Below, one piece after another: positions 58,499 to 64,000 of a stretch of 64,000 nucleotides of DNA. The first letter of the stretch is position 1. Every line of letters starts with the position of its first letter. This DNA is from Anaerolineae bacterium (GTDB lineage Bacteria > Chloroflexota > Anaerolineae > B4-G1 > DUEL01): NCBI GenBank assembly GCA_041082215.1, contig JBDOIF010000047.1, positions 1 to 64,000 of the forward strand, given 5' to 3'. Position numbers and translations under genes: made by a program. The notes below the pieces were generated by a model. That model ran no database searches and had not been told where the DNA came from. It saw nothing but the letters and a program-made list of their open reading frames with translations.

Positions 58499-59341
58499 TC
58501 ACACTCCCCGTTCCAGGCACACTACCACCACTTCCGGCCGGCAGTTGAACCGGACCGGAGGGGAGATCAGCCCCACGCCCGTGGAGACGTACAGCCGCAT
58601 CCCGCCGATCCGGTAGAGGCCGACGGGGTACCGCCGGGCCAGGTAGGGGAGGACAGGCGGCCCCAGCAGGGGGAGGCGAACCTGCCCGCCGTGGGAATGG
58701 CCGGAGAGCTGGAGCGCCACCCGCCCGTCGGCGGCAGCCATATCGGCGAAGTCCGGCTCGTGGGCCAGGAGCACCACCGTCGCTTCGGGCGGCGCTCCCT
58801 CCAGAGCGGCGTCCAGGTCCGCCTGTTCCTCCCACACATCGTCCACCGCCGCCAGCCAGAGGCCAGGAGCGACCTCCATCCCCTCGTTGCGCAGCACCCG
58901 CACCCCCACGCCGACAAGCGCCCCGGCCACTGCCTCCGGATCGGTCCAGTGGTCGTGGTTGCCCAGGCAGGCATAGACCCCTGCCGGGGCCTGGAGACGG
59001 CCCAGCTCTCCGGCGCAGGAATGGGCAAAGTCGGCCGATCCAGTGACGTAATCGCCTCCCAGCAGGATCAGGTCGGGTTCGGTGCCGGCGGCCAGGTCCA
59101 CCGCCCGGGCGATCTGCTCCTGGCTCACCCATTCGCTGCGGTGGAGGTCAGTCAGCAAAGCCAGGCGGAAGCCATCCAGATGTGGGGACAGGCCGGGCAG
59201 GGGGATGCGTATCTGTCGGAGGCGCAGCCAGCGGGCCTCGACGAAGAGGCCGTAGGCGGGGCCACCGCAGCAGGCGGCAATGCCCGTCCCCAGGCCGAAC
59301 AGGGCCAGGCGGAGGAACTTGCGTCGTGAGAATCGTTGCAT
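58499..59341 (-). CDS. Tat-signal metallophosphoesterase (YkuE-like)
   Basis: SRRKFL twin-arginine motif; TDLH, GGDY, LGNHD, LAHEPD and SGHSHGGQ. Confidence 0.9.
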   Translation of the reverse strand: MQRFSRRKFLRLALFGLGTGIAACCGGPAYGLFVEARWLRLRQIRIPLPGLSPHLDGFRLALLTDLHRSEWVSQEQIARAVDLAAGTEPDLILLGGDYVTGSADFAHSCAGELGRLQAPAGVYACLGNHDHWTDPEAVAGALVGVGVRVLRNEGMEVAPGLWLAAVDDVWEEQADLDAALEGAPPEATVVLLAHEPDFADMAAADGRVALQLSGHSHGGQVRLPLLGPPVLPYLARRYPVGLYRIGGMRLYVSTGVGLISPPVRFNCRPEVVVVCLERGV

Positions 59342-59410
59342 TCCGGTTCGGGCATATTATAACCGATTCCAGCCACGGGCCAATTCGTGTATAATAGAGC
59401 AGCATCAAGG

Positions 59411-60082
59411 ATGAGCGGGGGGGTGCATATGCGCGACGTTCGAGCACTGCGGAGCGTTGAGGCGGGCCTGGTCCTCCTTTACGGCTACAACACCCCCTGG
59501 CAGCTCAGCCTGGAGGCCCAGGCCCACACCATTGCGGAAAGTGGGGCCGATGGGGTGGACAATGCCCTCTGGCTGGCCCGCCGGCTGGGGATGCGGGCGA
59601 TCTATCAGCCCACGCTGGAGAACCTCTCCGGCATTGCTCTCCTCACCCGTTTTCCGGTTGTCGCTGCGGACGGGGCGCTGCTGGAGAGCAAGCTGGAGCA
59701 GACCGGCATCGTCCACGCCCGGCTGCGGGTGGGGGAGCAGGAAGTGGATGCATATGGGGTCTGGCTGGGGCTGGGGCCGGAGGAGCAGGCCCGTCAGCTT
59801 GCCGATGCGCTGGCCTGTATGGGCGACGCATCGCCGGCCCTCTTCGCCGGTGATCTCAACTCCACCCCCGAATCCCCTGTCTATGCCCGGCTGGCGGCGG
59901 CTGGTTTCACCGACCCCTTCGTCGCGCTGGGGCTGGATAACCCGCCCACCTCCCCTGCCATCGGGCCCCGCCACCGCATTGACTTTGTCTGGGGGCGGGG
60001 GCTGGAGCCGACCAATGCGGCCGTCCTCGACTTGCTGGCCTCCGACCACCGGATGGTGATCACGGAGTGGAAGCTGCCGTGA
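59411..60082 (+). pseudogene. Degenerate endonuclease/exonuclease/phosphatase (EEP) gene
   Basis: C-terminal AGDLN, RIDFVW and ASDH are intact; N-terminal TYN and LQEV motifs are missing. Confidence 0.6.
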
Positions 60083-61170
60083 CCCCCGAAGGCCCCTTCG
60101 ATCTCGGTGTGGAGGAGGAGTACCAGGTCGTCGAGCCGGGGACCTGGGAGCTGCGCTCGACCATCCACGCCATTCTGGAAAAGGACCTGGAGAACGGGAG
60201 GGAGGACGTTCGGGCAGAGTTCCTTCAATCCCAGGTGGAGGCCGGCACCCGCGTCTGCCAGACGGTGCGGGAGCTGGGGGATGAGGTACGGCGGATCCGA
60301 CGGGAGGCAGCCTCCCTGGCCGATGGGCTGGGGCTGCGGCTGGTGGCGGCCGGCACTCATCCCTTCTCCCCGTGGATCACTCAACAGGTCACCGAAGGGG
60401 GGCGGTACGCGACACTGGCAGCGGAGCTTCAGGAAGTAGGGCGGCGGCTGGTCACCTTCGGCCTTCACATCCACGTGGGCATCGCCGATGCCGATCTGCG
60501 GGTGCGGGTGATGGATCGGATGCTGCCCTACCTGCCTTTCCTTCTGGCGCTCTCCGCCAACTCCCCTTTCTATGAAGGTCGCTGCACCGGCCTGTACGCT
60601 TACCGCATCGCCCTCTTTGCTGCATTGCCCCGCACCGGCATCCCGCCCCGCTTCGGCTCCTGGGCAGAGTATCAGAAGCTTGTGACGACTATGATGGAGG
60701 CCGGCCTGATCCCGGACCCGAGCTTTATCTGGTGGGACGCCCGGCCCAACCCCCGCGTGCCCACGCTGGAGGTGCGGATCCCGGATATGCCCACCCGGGT
60801 CGAGGAAGCGGTCTGTCTGGCGGCGTGGGTCCAGGCGCTGGCGGTGAAGCTGGCGCGGGAGCCGGAGCGGCCTGCTCTCTCCCGTTTCATCATAGAGGCG
60901 GGCAAATGGCAGGCGGCCCGATACGGGACGGCGGGCCGCCTGTTCCTGCGGGCAGGGGAACCGGCGCGGACAGTGCGGGAGTGGGTTGACCCCTTGCTGG
61001 ACTGGCTGGATGACGTGGGGCGGGAGCTGGAAAGCAGCGATGCCCTCGCCTTTGCGCGGACCATTCTGGAGCAAGGGACCGGTGCGGAGCGACAACTACG
61101 GATCTGGCAGGAGCAAAGGGACCTCCGTGCCGTTGTGGAGGCGCTGGCGCGGGAAACGATGCAGTTATAG
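60079..61170 (+). CDS. Carboxylate-amine ligase (YbdK/GCS2 family)
   Basis: LGVEEEY, AAGTHPF, FGLHIHVG, ALSANSPF, WWDARP and TLEVRIPD motifs. Confidence 0.92.
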   Translation: MTPEGPFDLGVEEEYQVVEPGTWELRSTIHAILEKDLENGREDVRAEFLQSQVEAGTRVCQTVRELGDEVRRIRREAASLADGLGLRLVAAGTHPFSPWITQQVTEGGRYATLAAELQEVGRRLVTFGLHIHVGIADADLRVRVMDRMLPYLPFLLALSANSPFYEGRCTGLYAYRIALFAALPRTGIPPRFGSWAEYQKLVTTMMEAGLIPDPSFIWWDARPNPRVPTLEVRIPDMPTRVEEAVCLAAWVQALAVKLAREPERPALSRFIIEAGKWQAARYGTAGRLFLRAGEPARTVREWVDPLLDWLDDVGRELESSDALAFARTILEQGTGAERQLRIWQEQRDLRAVVEALARETMQL

Positions 61171-62169
61171 TGTCCTGCGCAGTTCGTAAAGCTCCCGCCG
61201 CAGCCGTTCGATCCGCATCCCGGTATCCTGCTCCGGCCCGAAGGTGGCCCAGCGGTGCTTGGCGAAGGCCAGCTCCGTCGCCAGCCGGTAGTATCGGCCC
61301 AACCGCTGCCAGCGATCGAAATTTCCCCCCGCCAGCGTCCGCACCCGCTCTCCTACCCGCTTCCAGTAGGAACGGATCACCTCGTAGTCCCGTGGCCCGA
61401 TAATGCCGATACGGACCTCTTCTACCAGATAGCGGGAGATCCAGCTCTGCTCGCGGCGAGAGGTCCAGATCATGATGCCCAGCAGGGCCACCACGCCTCC
61501 CCAGTCCGCCACCAGACTGATCAGCAGGGGCCAGCAGGTCGCGCCGGTCAGCGTCGCTCCTGCATTGTGGATCGCGTGCAGGCTCATCCCGGCGCCCAGC
61601 CCCAGGACCGGCGCCCCGATCTTCACTGCCCAGTTGGGGGAGGTGCGGGCCAGGGCGAACCCCAACCCGGTGCAGCCGGTGAAAAGAGCGTGGTTAAGGC
61701 CAAAGAGCATGGCCCGGAAGAAGGCCAGCTCCAGGACTCCGCCCAGACCTCCCAGCCCGTAGGCGTCGAAGAAATAGAAGACATTCTCGGTGGTGGCAAA
61801 CCCGAAGCCCACCAGTCCGCCGTAGATGATCCCGTCCAGCGGCGTGTCAATCTCCCGGCGGAAGAGAAGCAGGAGCAGGAGAAGCGCCAGCCCCTTGAAT
61901 GGCTCCTCTGTGATGGGGGCGATGAGGCTGGCGCTCAGGAGGTCCGCACCAATCCCCGGCCTGACCAGGACGGAAAGGGGCAGGTCCAGGATGATCTGGG
62001 CGATAAGGGAGAAGATGACAGCCGGGACAGCACCCCACAGGAAGGAGATAACGATGAGGGGCAGCGGCTCCTTCTCATACCGGTCGAACCACCAGAGGAT
62101 GAGGGCGTAGAAAATCATTGGAACGATGGCCAGGATCAGGATGGCGAGGCCTGCAATCACGATCTCCAT
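61165..62169 (-). CDS. PrsW-family intramembrane glutamic protease
   Basis: DRYEKEP, APITEEPFK, GFATTEN, HALFT and LHAIHN motifs. Confidence 0.9.
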   Translation of the reverse strand: MEIVIAGLAILILAIVPMIFYALILWWFDRYEKEPLPLIVISFLWGAVPAVIFSLIAQIILDLPLSVLVRPGIGADLLSASLIAPITEEPFKGLALLLLLLLFRREIDTPLDGIIYGGLVGFGFATTENVFYFFDAYGLGGLGGVLELAFFRAMLFGLNHALFTGCTGLGFALARTSPNWAVKIGAPVLGLGAGMSLHAIHNAGATLTGATCWPLLISLVADWGGVVALLGIMIWTSRREQSWISRYLVEEVRIGIIGPRDYEVIRSYWKRVGERVRTLAGGNFDRWQRLGRYYRLATELAFAKHRWATFGPEQDTGMRIERLRRELYELRRTL

Positions 62170-62239
62170 CTTCTAACCGCTCCCTTTCTTTCTGTGCGCA
62201 GGCTGTTAGCCTGCGTAAAGCAGGCCTGGCGGCCTGGGA

Positions 62240-62395
62240 TGCGTGGGCAGACAGCGTGGCCCCCGCGGCGATCATGACTGCCAGCGCTGCGACGAACCCT
62301 GGCCTGAAGAACTCCCAGACCCTTGGCCGCTCCAGCCCGTCTATCTTCTTCAGATTCTTCCGGCAGGCCTTGTTAAAGAGATAGCCGGCCTGCAC
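62240..62395 (-). pseudogene. Probable internal fragment of a small membrane-protein gene
   Basis: Protein-like FNKACRKNLKKIDGLERPRVWEFFRPGFVAALAVMIAAGATLS runs into REP hairpins at 62196-62236. Confidence 0.4.
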
Positions 62396-62436
62396 CCTCC
62401 GAGCAGCAGTCCGATCGGTCTACCACCACTGTACTC

Positions 62437-63996
62437 CTATACCCTCCACCGATAGTCGTTGGACAGCGCCGACTTGAAATCCGCCTGCACCTTATCCCGG
62501 ATGTCAATCGCCCATTCGTCCCCCTGCCACCGGTAGAGCAGCAGACAGCGGATCTGCTGGGCGTGAGGGGCGCTGTTCCAGCGGTGGATCTCCTCGTAGG
62601 CGGCCCGCACCCAGCCGGTGTTCTGGTTCTCCCAACCCAGGCTCCCATCCCGCTTTGTCCAGTGGTTGGTCTCGGTGATGTAGACGGGCTTGTCCCGCCA
62701 CCTGAGAGGGATGGCTTCGATAAAGGGCCGATACGCCTGGAAATCGTAGTAGTGGTCCTTGATAGGGTCGTCGGTGAACTTACGCAGCACGGTTATGAGG
62801 GTCAGGTCTGGCCCGTGGGTGTAAGTGTGGAGGGCGAAGCCGTCCAGCGCCTCGATCCCCTCCAGCATCTTGATAAAGTAGTCAAGGGGGCGCTGGAGCT
62901 GGGCGTTGTAGGGGTCCACTGCTCCCGGCACGACCCGGGCGTTGGGCAGCACCGCCTTGATCGCTCGATAGGCCAGGTTGAAGGCCCGGGCGTACCGCTC
63001 CGGGGTGATCGGCTCCGGCGGGTGGCCGCTGCGCGGCCATTCGCGAGGGTTGTTCTGCTCGTTGCCGATGATCAGGGTCCAGGTATATTTCCGGGGGTTC
63101 TCCTCCGGATGCTTCAGGTACAGCTCGGCATACCGGGCGCAGGTCGCGGCAAAGGCCTCATAGTGGGCCTCCTCCGGCAGTGTGCCGGCGGCGTCATAGC
63201 CGTGGTTGAGGCGGATGATGATCCCGTACCCAGCTCTGGCCCAGTCCCACAGCTTCTGGCGGCGGTTCGGATCCGGTCCCAGCGAGCCGGGGTGCCGGCC
63301 GATCCCCTCGGTGAAGAGGGCCCAGCCGGTCTTGCCCGACCCCTGGAAGAGGTGGCGGAAGTCCTGGGTCTCGTTCACCCCCACGCCGTGGATGCCGAAG
63401 ATCCAGGCGCATTCGCCGAAAGGCAGGACCGCATCCACTGCTGGCCGACGGTTGTCGGGGGGGACATCGGCGCTCAGATGCCAGGCGGCGACGTACCCTT
63501 CGTGGAGGCTGGGGGTGCGGACGCGGATCCATTTCCCGTCCACGCCGACCTTCTCCGCAGCCTCCAGGGGGTCCTCCAGGACCTGCAGGATGGTCCCGTC
63601 CGGCACGTGCCAGACCTTTTCGGCGCTGGTGGATGGGGCGGCCCGCACGTTGAGGCCGATCGGGCTCTGCACACGGACGTAGGCGGCGGGGATGACCTTC
63701 TCCCGCGGCGGTGCGTGGTCGGTGACGTACCAGGCGGCGATCCATCCCTCGGGGCCGTCCGGTTCAAGCTGGACCTGGAGCCACTGCCCCAATTTGCCAA
63801 CCTTCCCCCGTGCCTGGAGGGGGTCTTCCAGCACCCGCAGCCGGGCTCCCGGATAGAGGCGGCCGATAAGGGTTTCCGGGCGGGCGTTCGGTCGGCTGCG
63901 GTAGTTGACCTCCTGTTCGGTCCAGACGTGGGTCAGGTGCCCCGGCGGAGGGGGGGGGAGGGGGGGGAGGCTGGGGGGAGGGCCGGGGTTGGCCAT
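62437..63996 (-). CDS. SH3-domain protein with a C-terminal glycoside-hydrolase-like TIM domain; probably 5'-truncated by the window edge
   Basis: Two bacterial SH3-like modules (LNVRAAPS...W..V....EGYVAAW); IGNEQN, ALHTY and VYITETN GH-A-like motifs. Confidence 0.78.
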   Translation of the reverse strand: MANPGPPPSLPPLPPPPPGHLTHVWTEQEVNYRSRPNARPETLIGRLYPGARLRVLEDPLQARGKVGKLGQWLQVQLEPDGPEGWIAAWYVTDHAPPREKVIPAAYVRVQSPIGLNVRAAPSTSAEKVWHVPDGTILQVLEDPLEAAEKVGVDGKWIRVRTPSLHEGYVAAWHLSADVPPDNRRPAVDAVLPFGECAWIFGIHGVGVNETQDFRHLFQGSGKTGWALFTEGIGRHPGSLGPDPNRRQKLWDWARAGYGIIIRLNHGYDAAGTLPEEAHYEAFAATCARYAELYLKHPEENPRKYTWTLIIGNEQNNPREWPRSGHPPEPITPERYARAFNLAYRAIKAVLPNARVVPGAVDPYNAQLQRPLDYFIKMLEGIEALDGFALHTYTHGPDLTLITVLRKFTDDPIKDHYYDFQAYRPFIEAIPLRWRDKPVYITETNHWTKRDGSLGWENQNTGWVRAAYEEIHRWNSAPHAQQIRCLLLYRWQGDEWAIDIRDKVQADFKSALSNDYRWRV

Positions 63997-64000
63997 GAGG

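Overview
GC-rich bacterial chromosomal window, most likely Chloroflexota/Anaerolineae-like (inferred from gene content, not verified). It is mostly housekeeping and envelope genes: a CIRCE-controlled groES-groEL operon, moeA, an AmmeMemo A/B pair, three tRNAs, a split glycine-cleavage locus whose T protein is fused to serine hydroxymethyltransferase, a Fur-boxed fur-feoABC operon, an RpoD-type sigma factor, pcm, EPS/glycosyltransferase genes, rnhB and selA. Accessory material: (i) a lower-GC six-gene operon beside the tRNA-Met pair (GntR, APC permease, metallophosphoesterase, orphan nucleotidyltransferase-fold protein, HisC-like aminotransferase, FGGY kinase) that looks like an uncharacterised pathway; (ii) three secreted/surface protein genes, the largest ending in a Bacillus TapA-like domain; (iii) three toxin-antitoxin-type pairs within the glycine-cleavage loci; (iv) many nested MITE-like and REP-like intergenic repeats; (v) several degenerate genes and one gene that appears to need an ATC start codon. 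I saw no CRISPR array, rRNA, transposase or prophage. All calls come from manual motif recognition; no database searches were run.
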